The notes below the pieces were generated by a model. It was not told the origin of the DNA. It saw nothing but the letters and a program-made list of their open reading frames with translations, and did not search any database. From Octopus vulgaris (lineage: Eukaryota): DNA of 64,000 nucleotides. The translations under genes were made by a program, and so were the position numbers. Shown here piece after piece: positions 24,764-37,600 of the stretch; position 1 is the stretch's first letter, and each line of letters starts with the position of its first letter. Where the stretch lies: NCBI GenBank assembly GCA_951406725.2, contig OX597840.1:8432001-8496000 (forward strand), read 5' to 3'.

Positions 24764-26712
24764 ATGATGAGAAATGTTATTGTAGAACGCTGGTCGCGTT
24801 CCTTTATGGACCAGCATTTTCCTAGACTTGAAACGCTAGGAGAAAAAAAGTACTTATGCATGCAAAATGCAAATCTGAATGACGGGGTAGTGAACGCTGC
24901 AACCACTTGCGGTAACAGCCCTGTCACCACCACCACCACCACCACAAACAACAACAACAACGAGACTACTACTGCTACCACCACCACCACCACCACCACC
25001 ATGACCAACATAAATGATAAAAATGAAACTCACGTGAATACTGTTAACAAAGGCAACAACAACAAGAAGAACAACAATAAAAATGAAATAAATATCTTAC
25101 CATCTAAGAGTTAAGATGTTAATACAACAGAATCAACAGCAGCTGTAAAAGCCACGTACAAGAATATTTCGGATACAACAACAACAGAAACACACAATGA
25201 CAACAACAACCAGAATATAACAGTAAGTTTCGCTGACGCCCTGCGTCAGAAAAAAGAAATTACAAAATTCACAAATGAAGAGTTAATAGAAACGACAAAA
25301 CTCTCTACAACCCAAGGGCAAGATTTAGTGCTGCATACACCTGAACACATAAAGGAACAAATAGAAAATAAGACAATTATATTTAAAATTATAAGAAAAA
25401 ACAAAAAACGAAATGAACAGATTACAAAAACGGACATAGAAAAGTGTTTAAAAAACATAATGAAAAAAAAGAATATATAAACTGGGGTCCCCAGTTTAAT
25501 ACAGTGGTGGTCCACTTCCCTAACTAGGAAGTGGCAAAAGCTCACTCTACGGAGTCTTTGCAAAATGATGAAATCATCATGGTACCATATTACAAAGGTC
25601 AGAGAGAGAGTAGAATTAGCATTAAAATGTACCCCCCGAGATACCTAACAAATGGATAACAGGGGCAATCTGTTACCATTTGAAAACGATAAACATATTA
25701 GAAACCGCTGTGTACAAAAACGACAATTGGGGTGGTAAAACAATAGTAGTGACCATCAAGATTGAGGGGTCCTCTATCGAGAACCTACCTGATAGGATCC
25801 ATTTAGAAAATGGGCAAAGACTATATGTTGTAGCAGAAGGCAAAAAGCCTAGATGCTACAACTGTGGCAGCCCAGAACATTTAATTGCCAAGTGTGCTCT
25901 GGCACAGAAAAAACAAGAAAGAACAAATCAGAAAACAAATAAAAAACCCTTGTTGCCAACACCAACACCAACACACTCAATTATGGAACAATGCCAAGAA
26001 AGACAACAAACCAGCAAGCAAACCCCAACAACATCACCAAGAAAAGAAACAGCACCAACACAATCACCGTTGACGTCGCAACCAATTCAACATACTGAAC
26101 AAACAAAAGATAGACCAACACCAACACCGAGGACGACAATTAAAAAGACAGAGAACAGTGACGAGAAGACAAATTCTACCCTTAACACCACAACAACACA
26201 AACACCGCACAAAACATCAAAAATTTCTACAAGCATAGATATTAAAGCAAATGCTTTGCCTTTACCCCTTCTGATTCGTCGGACCATGAAAGTTCAACGA
26301 AAGTTCGACGGAATGGCAAATAGCCACAGGGGGTAAAAGGAAAAGATCAAAAAAGCCCACCAAACAAGTAAGTAAAGCAGAGAGATATTTAACTCCGGAC
26401 AGCATCCCCCTAGACAATAAAAAAATCAATGAACCTGCAAAACCACACACACAACTAACTGCAATAGACACAGACAATAAAAAATTAATGGATTACATTG
26501 CATCCAACACGAACATCTGTGAACATGACTTTAAAACAAATAATCATCCGCGCACCACACCACCGAAACACATTAGAATTGTACACATAACACAAACACA
26601 ACACCATACACTGAATTCAATATTTCCAAATGCTGTAGGCGGGTTTCAACGATACCTCTCAAAAAAACTATACAAACACCTCCTCAAAGACACTACAAAA
26701 CTTTCGAAATGA
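24764..26712 (+). pseudogene. Tx1 #2 ORF1, disrupted
   Basis: Fragments 24764-25114, 25680-26336 (CCHC knuckle) and 26488-26712 are homologous to ORF1 of element #1. Confidence 0.75.
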
Positions 26713-26786
26713 GTAAGTGACCTTCCCTCTTGCCTCTTGTCTCTTCCAATGTAGTGTGTGAAACACAATTTTCGTAAACGTCAATT

Positions 26787-29700
26787 ATGCTTAAATTAGG
26801 TTGTGTGAATGCGCGTGGCTTGTCGTCGGCTTCGAAGCAAGGTTACCTTCTAAACAACATCAAGTCACTGAACGTGGATATAGTAGCTATCAGTGAAACC
26901 AGACTCAGCAAGCCGCGGGCCCTCGCATCCATGTTTGGCGATCAATTCCATATTTATTTTTCTCCCTGTCTGTCGAACATGGGTGGTGGAGGTACTGCGG
27001 TGCTTTTTCGAAAGAGTCTAAATGTAAAAGTAAGAACAATATTCGTAGACCCGGAGGGTAGGCTGGTTGTCTTGGACGTGGATGGCAGAAATGGGTGTGC
27101 ATTCCGTCTGATGGAAGTTTATGCACCGTCCTTAACAGGTAGGGCGGATTTCTTCAGATGTCTAGAGGATTTCCTGGGTATGTCTAGACCTTTACTATTA
27201 GTAGGGGATTGAAACGCTACCTTGGACACGCATCTAGATTATGTGGGAATGATTAGGAATAGAAGGGGGTGTAAGTGCCTCAAAGACCTACTCAGACATT
27301 TCCATTTGTCTGACAGGATCCGACTTGACCATCCGAACGTGCCAACGTGGACTTGGACATACCGCATCGGATCGTCGAGATCTTATCTAGATAGAATTCT
27401 ATGCAGGACAGCGGATAGGGATAGTGTAGGATGTCCACAATTTAAAATAGTCAGCTACACAGATCACAAATTTGTGACGTGTACGCTCGACTTAGATAAG
27501 ACACATAGACAGAGTCCCGGTTACTGGAAACTGAACACGTCACTCTTAGCGTGACAGGTTTACAGGAACTGGATTAGCGAGTTAATTAAGAGGGTGCTGA
27601 CGGGAGCCGTTGTTAACAACCGCTGTTTATTCACCCTGAAAATGGCAATAAAATCGGAATCAATTAGGTTTAGCAAGGAATTAGCGATAGATCGAAAGAG
27701 AGTAGAGGGAGACCTGGTTAAGAAACTAAAAAGGCACTTACCACTGGCAGCGCAACCAATGTGCTGGCTGCAAGGATGGCTCTCAACCAACACCTCAACG
27801 CCAAGCACGAAAGTTGCGTCGTCAGAGCTAAAATGCGTGCATTAAGGAACGAAGGGATTGAAGCTGCGCGAGAGGCCCGGGTAGCGGAGGCGCAGCGTGG
27901 CAACAGAGCCACCATTCGGTCTCTAATAGATCAACAGGGATGCAGTTTACTCGAACCCGAAAGGATGTGTGAGGCCTTTCAACAGCACTTTGCTCGACTG
28001 TTTGGTGCGAGTGGTGGGTCGGAACGCGGGATGGATTTCAGTGCCTACCTGACCAACCTGCCGCGGCTCTTGGCAAGAGAAGCGGAGTGTTGTGAAAGTC
28101 CCATCAAAGCCGCTGACGTGCGGGATGCAATGGCGGGCTGCGCGAGGGATAAGTCGCCTGGATTGGATGGTTTACCCTATGAGCTATATTGTCAAATGCC
28201 AGACCTGTTTGGTGACCTCTTGGCATCAGTCTACTGCAACTGGCAACAAAACAGGAGAATCCCGGTTTCGTGAGCCGAGGTGCAGTGATATTGCTGAAGA
28301 AAGACCCAAACAAGGGGAATTTTATAGATAATTTCAGGCCCATCACTCTCCTCAACGCAGATTTGAAAATTTTGGCCAATGTAATAGCCGTCATTGGTGC
28401 TTGTCATTGATAAACTGGTCGACAGGGCGCAAACATGACAACCTCCATCTGATGCGCTACATTGTGGACAGGGTAGTTAAGGATCCTGGCATGGGTGGGG
28501 CGCTGATCAATTTGGATCAGTCTAAAGCCTTCGATAGGGTCGACCATCGGTACTTGGCGGCTGGCTTCGGTCCCGTCTTCTGCAGTTTGATCGCTGCCTT
28601 GTATAGCGGCATCTGATCGGTGATTTGGGTGAACGGTCACCTGTCGAAACCGTTTGACATCACGCGTTCGGTCCGTTAGGGGTGTCCCCTGTCGGCGCTT
28701 CTGTATGTATTGACCCTCAAGCCGCTACTGCGGAAGCTGGCGACTCTGAGGGGCATCCCACGGGAATTGGGTTGCGGGACAAGCGTGTCGGCATATGCTG
28801 ACGATGTCACTGTCATAGTGTCGAGCGACAAACACATCCAGATGATAGGTGAGACACTCAGAAAATACGAAACGGTGATGGGAGCGAAGATTAACCCGGA
28901 AAAGTCAGTGGGTTTGCTACTCGGCACCTGGAGAAGCAAGCCCATGCCGTCTGACTGCGGCTCAGTAGTGGGACGCTGGACAGACGGACCGGTTAAATTG
29001 CTCGGGGTCTGGTTCAGTCCCAACCTCCAAATGGATAAGAACTGGGACGAGATCACGAGTAGAGTGGTCGCTCTCAGCCAAACATGGGCCGAGAGAAAGC
29101 TGTCTCTAAAAGGTCGGGCGGAGGTTGCGAACGAGTACATCGCATCCGTCATCGATTACCGCCTGACTGTCATGCCTTGTCCCGACGCCACCATCACCAA
29201 ACTGGAGCGCATACTCTTCCTCTTCCTGTGGAAAGGGTGGCGTTCCGATGGTGAGGAAGTCCATTTGCTGTCAACATCCGTTGAATGGAGGAATTGTTGA
29301 TGATGCGCAGGCATGCGCTGAGACAGCAACATCTCTGGAACTTCATTGACGACGGTGAACAGGTGTGGGCGCCGTTTGTGAGGCACACCTCCCCGCAGCT
29401 CGTCTCACTGACCGAACTGCAAATGTGGATCAAGATGAGACCAAAACTGGGCGAGTTGCACCGAGAGTGTTGACAAGCTCTACAGCAGCTCTGCCGACCG
29501 GGGTCAAACTTGTGCAACTTACAAATGAATAAAGCGTTCTATAGAGGACTAGTGAAGGGCAGGTCCGATGACACACTCGGGGAAACCTGGGCGTCGACGA
29601 GAAATTCCTAACCCACCTGTTCAGGACGACATTCGGGCCGGGGCCTATGGATAACTTCCAGAAATCCCTGGCTTGGCAATGCTATTGAGACGCACTACCT

Positions 29701-30320
29701 GTTCGAGAGAAGAGCTACAGGCACGGTTCGAAAACCATCACCGGACCGACCTGCCCGAAATGCGGTCAGAGCGACGAAACCATTCTACACGCACTCGTGC
29801 AGTGTCCAGACATTTCAGAGTTGTGGACCTTCGTCGAACAGCTGTTGTCGCGTGTAGGACGGGCCCGCTTATCGGCCGAGTCTATCGTGAATATTGTTCC
29901 ACCACCTTGGTTGTTCCACCACCTTGGGGTTTATTTCACAGGAGATCTAAATGATTAGGCACAGTAGGTAAGTGCTTTAACGGATTGCTAGGGTTATAAG
30001 GTTACAGCCGACACGGTACTTATGGAGCCGTTGAAGATTTCTGATATAGCGGGTATTTAATGGTTAAAGAGAACAACAAACGGTTTTCGTAACGCTGATG
30101 GCTATGGCGAAAGAATGTGTGGTGGACGCGTTCGAAAGGACTGCAAACAAACACCTTCCGCTCTGGTCAGTCTCTCGCCAACTTTTTCAAGTACCACTTG
30201 AAAAGGAGGATGAGAATAGAGAGGAAGGCTTTGTTGAACGAATGTTTTAATAAAAAGTGGGTAAAAGTGGCAAAAATGGTCAGTATGAAAAACGACTCTA
30301 TTTTAAGCGTAAATCTGTAA
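26787..30320 (+). pseudogene. Tx1 #2 ORF2 (APE-RT-zinc finger), multiple stops and frameshifts
   Basis: Colinear homology to 12764-16269; motifs SETRL, YLDRIL, YTDHK, KSPGLDG, KAFDRVDH, YADD. Confidence 0.9.
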
Positions 30321-30436
30321 CCAAAAGAAACAACGAGATGTAAGGTGACTTACTCATGTGTTCATTTTCAAACTGTCTAAGGTGACCTTGGTCTTTTTTG
30401 TAGGTTTTTCTTTCCAAGGCTACACCTAAACTGTGA

Positions 30437-30477
<41 letters not shown>

Positions 30478-30652
30478 CTTTTTTATACACCACACAACCC
30501 ACAGATCCCTATTGATCAAACGTTTTTTTTTTGTGCCCCACCCATCCCACCTCGAAAAGAAAAAATTCTACATTGTATTTCGTCCATTTTTATTCTGTGT
30601 TTAGCCCTGTGTGGCTATAATAAAATGTTATCTAACTATCTACCTACCTACA

Positions 30653-30731
<79 letters not shown>

Positions 30732-30735
30732 CTAC

Positions 30736-30778
<43 letters not shown>

Positions 30779-30807
30779 CCTAACTACCTACCTACCTACC
30801 TACATAC

Positions 30808-30858
<51 letters not shown>

Positions 30859-31105
30859 CCTACATACCTATCTATCTATCTATCTATCTATCTATCTGTC
30901 TATCTATCTATCTATCTATCTACCTACCTACCTACCTACCTACCTACCTACCTACCTACCTACCTACCTATACAGGTTATCTCAGTTTCTCTAGGAGTCC
31001 CTTTTTAAATTAGAAGAAATAGCTAAAATTTTTGGGCTGCTATTTCTAAACTTTGGTATGTGGTAAAGCAAATCTTTGCTGAACCCTTTTAATAAATATA
31101 TATAT

Positions 31106-31271
31106 AGGCATTGGAGTGGCTGTGTGGTAAGTAGCTTGTTTACCAACCACATGGTTTCTGGTTCAGTTCCACTGCGTGTTAACTTGGGCAAGTGTCTTCT
31201 ACTATAGCCTCAGGCCGACTAAAGCCTTGTGAGTTGATTTGTTAGATGGAAACTTAAAGAAGCCCGTTGTG

Positions 31272-31272
<1 letters not shown>
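31106..31272 (+). mobile_element. SINE family A 5' part
   Basis: ggcattggagtggctgtgtggtaag head and core; paralog of 63277. Confidence 0.8.
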
Positions 31273-31329
<57 letters not shown>

Positions 31330-31427
31330 TGTATGTATGCATGTATGTATGCATGTATGTATGTATGAATGTATGTTTGTATGTATGTATGTAAGAATGC
31401 ATGTATGCATGTATGTATGTATGTATG

Positions 31428-31458
<31 letters not shown>

Positions 31459-31607
31459 TAATGTATGTATATATGTAAGAATGCATGTATGTATGTATGT
31501 AAGAATGTATGTATGTATGTAAGATTGTATGTATGTAAGAATGCATGTATGTATGTATGTATGCATGTATGTATGTAAGAATGTATGTATGTATGTATGT
31601 ATGTATG

Positions 31608-31990
31608 TGGAGGTGCAATGGCCCCGTGGTTAGTGCAGCGGACTCGCGATCGTAGGTGCGCGGTTTCGATTCCCAGACTCGGCATTGTGAATGTTTATGA
31701 AGCGAAAACACCTAAATCTTCACAAGGCTCCTGCAGGGATGGTGGTGATCCCTGCTGTACTCTTTCACCACAACTTTCTCTAACTCTTACTTCCTCTTTC
31801 TGTTGTACCTGTTATTTCAAAGGGCCGGCCTTGTCACTCTCTGTGTCACGCTGAATATACCCGAGAACTACGTTAACGGTACATGTGTCTGTGGTGTGCT
31901 CAGCCACTTACACGTTAATTTCACAAGCAGGCTGTTCCGCTGATTCGGATCAACTGGAACCCTTGTCGTCATAACCAACAGAGTGCTTCC
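31608..31990 (+). mobile_element. tRNA-derived SINE (family C)
   Basis: Head ggtgcaatggccccgtggttag...ggtttcgattccc (A and B boxes) followed by ~300 bp of non-tRNA body; inserted after (TATG)n. Confidence 0.7.
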
Positions 31991-32322
31991 ATTCCATATA
32001 TATACACTAAATATAGGGGTTTAGTTCACAGGTGATATAAACGATTAATTATACTATTTAAGTACTGTAATGGATTACTGGGACTTCAAGGTTATATATA
32101 TACATATATACATACACACACAAAATATGGGGGTTTATTTAACAGGTGATCTAAATGATTAGGCACGGTAGGTAAGTGCTTTAACGGATTGCTAGGGCTA
32201 TAAGGTTACAGCCGACACGGTACTTATGGAGCCGTTGAAGATTTCTGATATAGCGGGTATTTAATGGTTAAAGAGAACTACAAGCATGAAGGCAAGGCAA
32301 ATATCTCAAGTCATGCATGTCA

Positions 32323-32564
32323 TTACTCTTTACTCTTTACTCTTTTACTTGTTTCAGTCATTTGACTGTGGCCATGCTGGAGCACCGCCTTTAGTCGAGC
32401 AAATCGACCCCAGGAATTATTCTTTGTAAGCCCAGTACTTATTCTATCGGTCTCTTTTGCCGAACCGCTAGGTGACGGGGACGTAAACACACCAGCATCG
32501 GTTGTCAAGCAATGCTAAGGGGACAGATACAGACAAACAAACACATACAGAACACACACATATG

Positions 32565-32622
<58 letters not shown>

Positions 32623-32778
32623 TATGACAGGCTTCTTTCAGTTTCCATCAACCAAATCCACTCACAAGGCATTGGTCGGCCCGGGGCTATAGCAGAAGAC
32701 ACTTGCCCAAGGTGCCACGCAGTGGGACTGAACCCGGAACCATGTGGTTGGTTAGCGAGCTACTTACCACACAGCCAC
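32323..32778 (-). mobile_element. SINE family A
   Basis: Near-complete minus copy; an empty-site version (tctcaagtcatacatgttattattggaaaa) is visible at ~33430-33460. Confidence 0.85.
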
Positions 32779-32796
32779 GGAAAAAAAATTTTCAAA

Positions 32797-32852
32797 GTCT
32801 TACAGCTGTTTCTGATAAATATCAGAGTATGGGATATTCCATCATCAGAGAC
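32797..32852 (-). ncRNA. Type I hammerhead ribozyme
   Basis: Minus: gtct-CTGATGA-tggaatatc(ccatactct)gatatttatca-GAAAC-agct-GTA-agac; palindromic stem III acagctgt. Confidence 0.8.
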
Positions 32853-33472
32853 AAATTGGGAAAATGAGAAGGGTGTACACATTCACACAAATGTAGTTTA
32901 AAGAAGGTCGTTGTGTAAGGCTGGAAGAAGGCAAAAAGTTACAATGTAAACTGCAAAAAGAAAGGAAACAGAACACAGGTGTTTATCTTGATTTTCAATA
33001 TTCCTGGGGTGAAGACGCCTTCTTCAGGATAAAGTGTTAGTTGGAAAAGGTCGTTGCTGAGATTGTGTGTTTGAGAGGGAGACAGGGAAGAAATGTATGT
33101 AAGGTATGTAAAAATTGAATACAAGTTTTCTCTTTATCAAAACAATTTATTTTTCAATAATTAACTTAATACATCGTTAGCACTTATTTATAAAACAATA
33201 TTCACATTTTTAAGTATCATTACATCATATATATAAATAATTTAAATAAATTTATTTTAATAAGATTTGACTGCTATTTTTAGCAGATGTAGCTACTATG
33301 TAACTTCATTAACTCACAAACTCGTAGAGTACATTGAAGAATGTTACAACAATAATTGTTAGTGTATAGAATACAATGTAAGTGAAGCAGGTTCAATTCC
33401 TAAGTGAAGCCAGTAACAATAGCAACAACATCTCAAGTCATACATGTTATTATTGGAAAAAAAATATTCAAA

Positions 33473-33528
33473 GGCTTATAGCTGTTTCTGAGATATCCCA
33501 GAGTATGAGATGTTCCATCATCAGAGAC
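33473..33528 (-). ncRNA. Degenerate hammerhead ribozyme copy
   Basis: Same motif, but GTA is changed to ATA and stem I has a mismatch (gtct/agcc); lies in a local duplicate of 32780-33050. Confidence 0.55.
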
Positions 33529-33759
33529 AAATAGGGAAAATGAGAAGGGTATACACATTCACACAAATGTATTTTAAAGAAGGTCGTTGTGTAAGGCTGG
33601 AAGAAGGCGAAAAGTTACAATGTAAACTGCAAAAAGAAAGGAAACAGAACACAGGTGTTTATCTTGTTTTTCAATATTCCTGGGGTGAAGACGCCTTATT
33701 CAGGATAAAGTGGTAGTTGGAAAAGGTCTTAGTAACAATAGCAACAACAGACCTTAATA

Positions 33760-34630
33760 TTGGGCTGTCCAGAAAGTTCTTGCCGATTTTTAAAGGAAAA
33801 AGGTCAATAAATATTTGCCATTACAATTTTAATTAACCACATGTGAACCATTTTGTTGCACAATGTGTCTCTGTCTTTCCTTTAACTTGAAAATACCCTC
33901 TTCCCAGAATTGAGGGGGTTTCATGGCAAAGAATTCATCAAGGTATGATTTTACGTCATCCAAGGAATTGAAATTTTTACCATTTAGACTATTCTACAGA
34001 AACCTGAATAAGTGGAAATCCGAAGGAGCAATATCTGGTGAATATGGAGGGTGGGGTAACACATCCCAGCCAAGCTGCAGCAATTTTTGTCTGGTTCCCA
34101 AAGCATCAAGTGCCAAAAATGAACTTTCTTATCTTCCATTTTAAAGGGTTACAGAATTAACACAGGTTATAGGAACATAAACCTTCTTCCATGAAAAGAT
34201 AGCTTAAACTGTTCTCTAAATGGAGGTGTAGTCAAACCCTATTTTATGGACTCAACATCATCATCATCATCATCGTTTAACGTCCGTTTTCCATGCTAGC
34301 AAAGGTTGGACAGTTCAATTGGGGTCTGGGAAGCCAGAAGGCTGTGCCAGACCCAGTCTGATCTGGCAATGTTTCTACGGCTTGATGCCCTTCCTAACGC
34401 CAACCACTCCATGATTGTAGTGGGTGTTTTTTACGTGCCACCTGCACAGGTGCCAGACGAGGTTGGCAAACAGCCATGATTGGATGGTGCTATTTACGTG
34501 CCACTGGCACGGGGGCCAGACGAGGCTGGCAACGGCCACAATCGGATGGTGCTTTTTACGAAGGCCATGTTTTAAAACAAGTCGAAACGTAAGCTACTAT
34601 AAATTGGCATGAACTTTCTGGACAACCCAA
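33760..34630 (-). mobile_element. Internally deleted mariner with both TIRs, interrupted by an RTE 3'-UTR insertion (34256-34560)
   Basis: TA|TTGGGCTGTCCAGAAAGTT...AACTTTCTGGACAACCCAA|TA; transposase motif PHPPYSPDIAPSDFHLF on the minus strand. Confidence 0.88.
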
Positions 34631-34645
34631 TATATATGAGAACGT

Positions 34646-37600
34646 TTATCTTTGATAATGGAAGAAAGCAAAAGACTGGCGTCCTGCAATAATTCCAAAA
34701 ACCATGAAAGAATTGTCTGAAATATGAAAACCAAGCACTTGGAAGACTTCGTTATCATCATCCCTGAGTAATAAGTATTTATGAATATCTTCTGATGTTT
34801 GGTGTGGAATATGTCCAGGTATTTGATAAATATTGTTAAGCCTGTCTGTTACATAAACATAGTCACCAAGTGTGGTTAGACAGGGTCTGTGTATAAAATT
34901 ATGGTAATTTCTACATTTTGGCAGGCATATACTATTGACTAACGATTTTTCCCTGTACCACAAGACAACGACATCCTGACTATCATTCTTCCACTTCACA
35001 ACAACAACATCACCACTAGATGTCACTGCTATATCCAACACACCCAATCCTACCTCCTTCCCCATCCGTCTCCACTTCCACCCCTCCCGCATCTTCACCA
35101 CCTCACTATATAATTCATTCTTATGTTCACATGTCCCATTATCAATATCAACATCAAGTACATCTACATAGACACAGAAACCTTCCCTTCTACAACACAC
35201 CAGTTGATTCTCATTGTATTTACAAATCCTGCTGTAGTATTTCTCAGTGTTGATGGTTTTTAAACAGCAGAGATCCCTGTTGAAGACCATCAGTTCATTA
35301 CCAAAGGCGACTATGAAACGTTCATCTGTCCACCGACATATATCTAGTGATGGTCGTTGTGGTAGTGGTTTATGCTGAAGTATGTCACCTGTTGTTGTGC
35401 AGATTAATGTAACTGTGTCTCTAAACATGAACACACTGAAATTGTCATACAACTTAATTAATTTACTATGGTTACTGTCATATTGATAAAGATAATCAAT
35501 AGGTTCTTCCATCGTAGGAATGGAAAGAGGAACCATTGCTGTTCTATATGGCAGTTTCTTCACAGATACTTCCTCAATTCCTGACATACTCTCCGCTATG
35601 TAATTACCACATCGCACCTTTAATCTACCTTTACTAATTATTTCATTTGATTTACCTTTTCTTCCTTCTCCATCTCCCCAACTCTGTTCCAGATTATTAA
35701 TCAATTCAATACTGAATATTTCTTTGTTCATCTGAGATGTAATGAAAGGGAAATGAAGACCAGAATCAAGATTTAATAACGACAAACATTCCAGAACCTT
35801 CAGTTGGTCACCATCAATCTTTATGCAATGATATTCAATTAAGTTAATATGGACACACCAATAAATATTTGCCACTGCTCTCCATATTACACCATAAGGT
35901 ACGTGACTTTGCCAAACTTTATATTTCTCCAGATCTTGTTGCTTCAGTTGAAATATTTCTTGTCGTTTAGGAATTGTAACCATTATGTCCTTTTCGTCTG
36001 TAAAACACACACCACCAACTAAACTTCTAACATCCTTGTGACAAAGCATCAGCCCATCTCTATCAAATATTTTAACAATTCCATTATTGGCTTTCTCACA
36101 CACGACCGTTTTTCCTTCATCAGAGATATCAATATCTTTTACTTGAACAGGACATTTGTCTGTTAGCAAACGAGAAACGGGGAAGATTTCTCGCTTAACT
36201 TGAAACAAACCTTCAACATACAATTTATTTATGTTTGAACAGCTTCCAACAAACCTTGGTCCTTTACAGTTTATGCTACTGAAATTTACTTCATCTTTAT
36301 AAATTCTGTCATTCAAAAATCTTCTGCTGTATTCACCAGTTTGTGTGAAACACAAAATGTTATTATATTTGTTGCCACCAAAATATCTTTCCCACTGACC
36401 ATGGACATACAAATAACAGTTATCAGTTGTCATGGTGTTAGAAATACTGGAATAATCCATATAGTGTCTAACTGAATGTAGATGTTCACCATCAGTGTTG
36501 AAGAAAACAAAGTACCTGTTATTGTTGACAATGATGACATCATTAGCATCAGTTATAATATCATGGACGTTATCTATGCCTGTCTCTATTAGTATCCCAC
36601 CTGCATCCAATTTTTTTATTCTATTCACAGTCAAAAATTCTTCATCAATTTCAAGGACATACAAAGTACCTGCTTCTCCCCGTCTATGACACGCCAGTTG
36701 ATTGTTTGACAAAGAAGTGATAAATTCATATTCATTTTCAGTTTGGTAAATTGTCAACAACGATGGAAATTCCACTTTTAATGTCAACAGTTGGTATTTA
36801 TTATATTTATCACCAGTCGTAATAATCAATGTATTTGACTGCCATCGACACATATTTATATTGGACTTAAACTCGGAACTAACTCCCAACTTGATAAAGT
36901 CCAGAAGTTGACCGTCAAATGTCAATAACTTAATGTTTCCATTTTCACTGTCATACACTGCTATCAGGTTATTTTCAGTAATAACCAGACAATGAATCCT
37001 TACTAATTTTTCATCTCCAAAACCTGGAGGGACAATAACGTGTCTAGCTTTATCAGAAACTGTCAGATCCTGTACATATAATGTAGAAGACCACATCTCA
37101 CCGACACATATGTTTCTAGAAAATACATCTAGTAGGTCGATGTACAAGATAAGTTGATTATTCATGATGTGGTCTCTCCCCACCAAGTTATGGTCATTTA
37201 TAGCAAGCACACGGCTGTTGCCTATCAGATACACAAACATTTTATCAATACATCCTCCAGAGAAATTAAGGGAGTGTTTCACTCCGGACAGGAAATCCCT
37301 GGGGATCATCTTAATACTGTTTCTACAACTATGGCCAACACTATCAATAGAAGTGTTGTACTGAAATACTTTTATTCCTAGTAACAATTAATAGATTTAG
37401 AGTTTCATTTTCTATTTCTAATGATTTTACTACAAAAGGGATATTAATTCTACGAATCATTTCAACCTGATTATAATTTTTAAAGGCTAAAATATCTAAT
37501 TGAGATGGTTTATCAGAATAACAAACGATGTGACCTTTACTCAGCTTACACACCTTTACATAAGCGTGACTTAACGATATGGTTCTAACTGTCTTTGATA

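Larger units (their letters stand above)
24566..30628 (+). mobile_element. Tx1/L1-clade non-LTR retrotransposon #2 (distinct subfamily), near full length, inactivated
   Basis: ORF1 remnants with intact knuckle CYNCGSPEHLIAKC; ORF2 MLKLGCVNARGL...AYADD...CPKC; AATAAA; flanked by (TATC)n and (TC)n/(TATC)n. Confidence 0.93.

Noticed and set aside
31608-31690. tRNA gene
   Set aside because: A/B boxes are present, but the cloverleaf is imperfect and continues into a SINE body; the same applies to the family A and B heads.
33510-33716. 68-aa + strand ORF (MFHHQRQIG...) repeated three times
   Set aside because: The frame is broken in the other two copies, and the region is better explained as the antisense of the hammerhead-bearing element.
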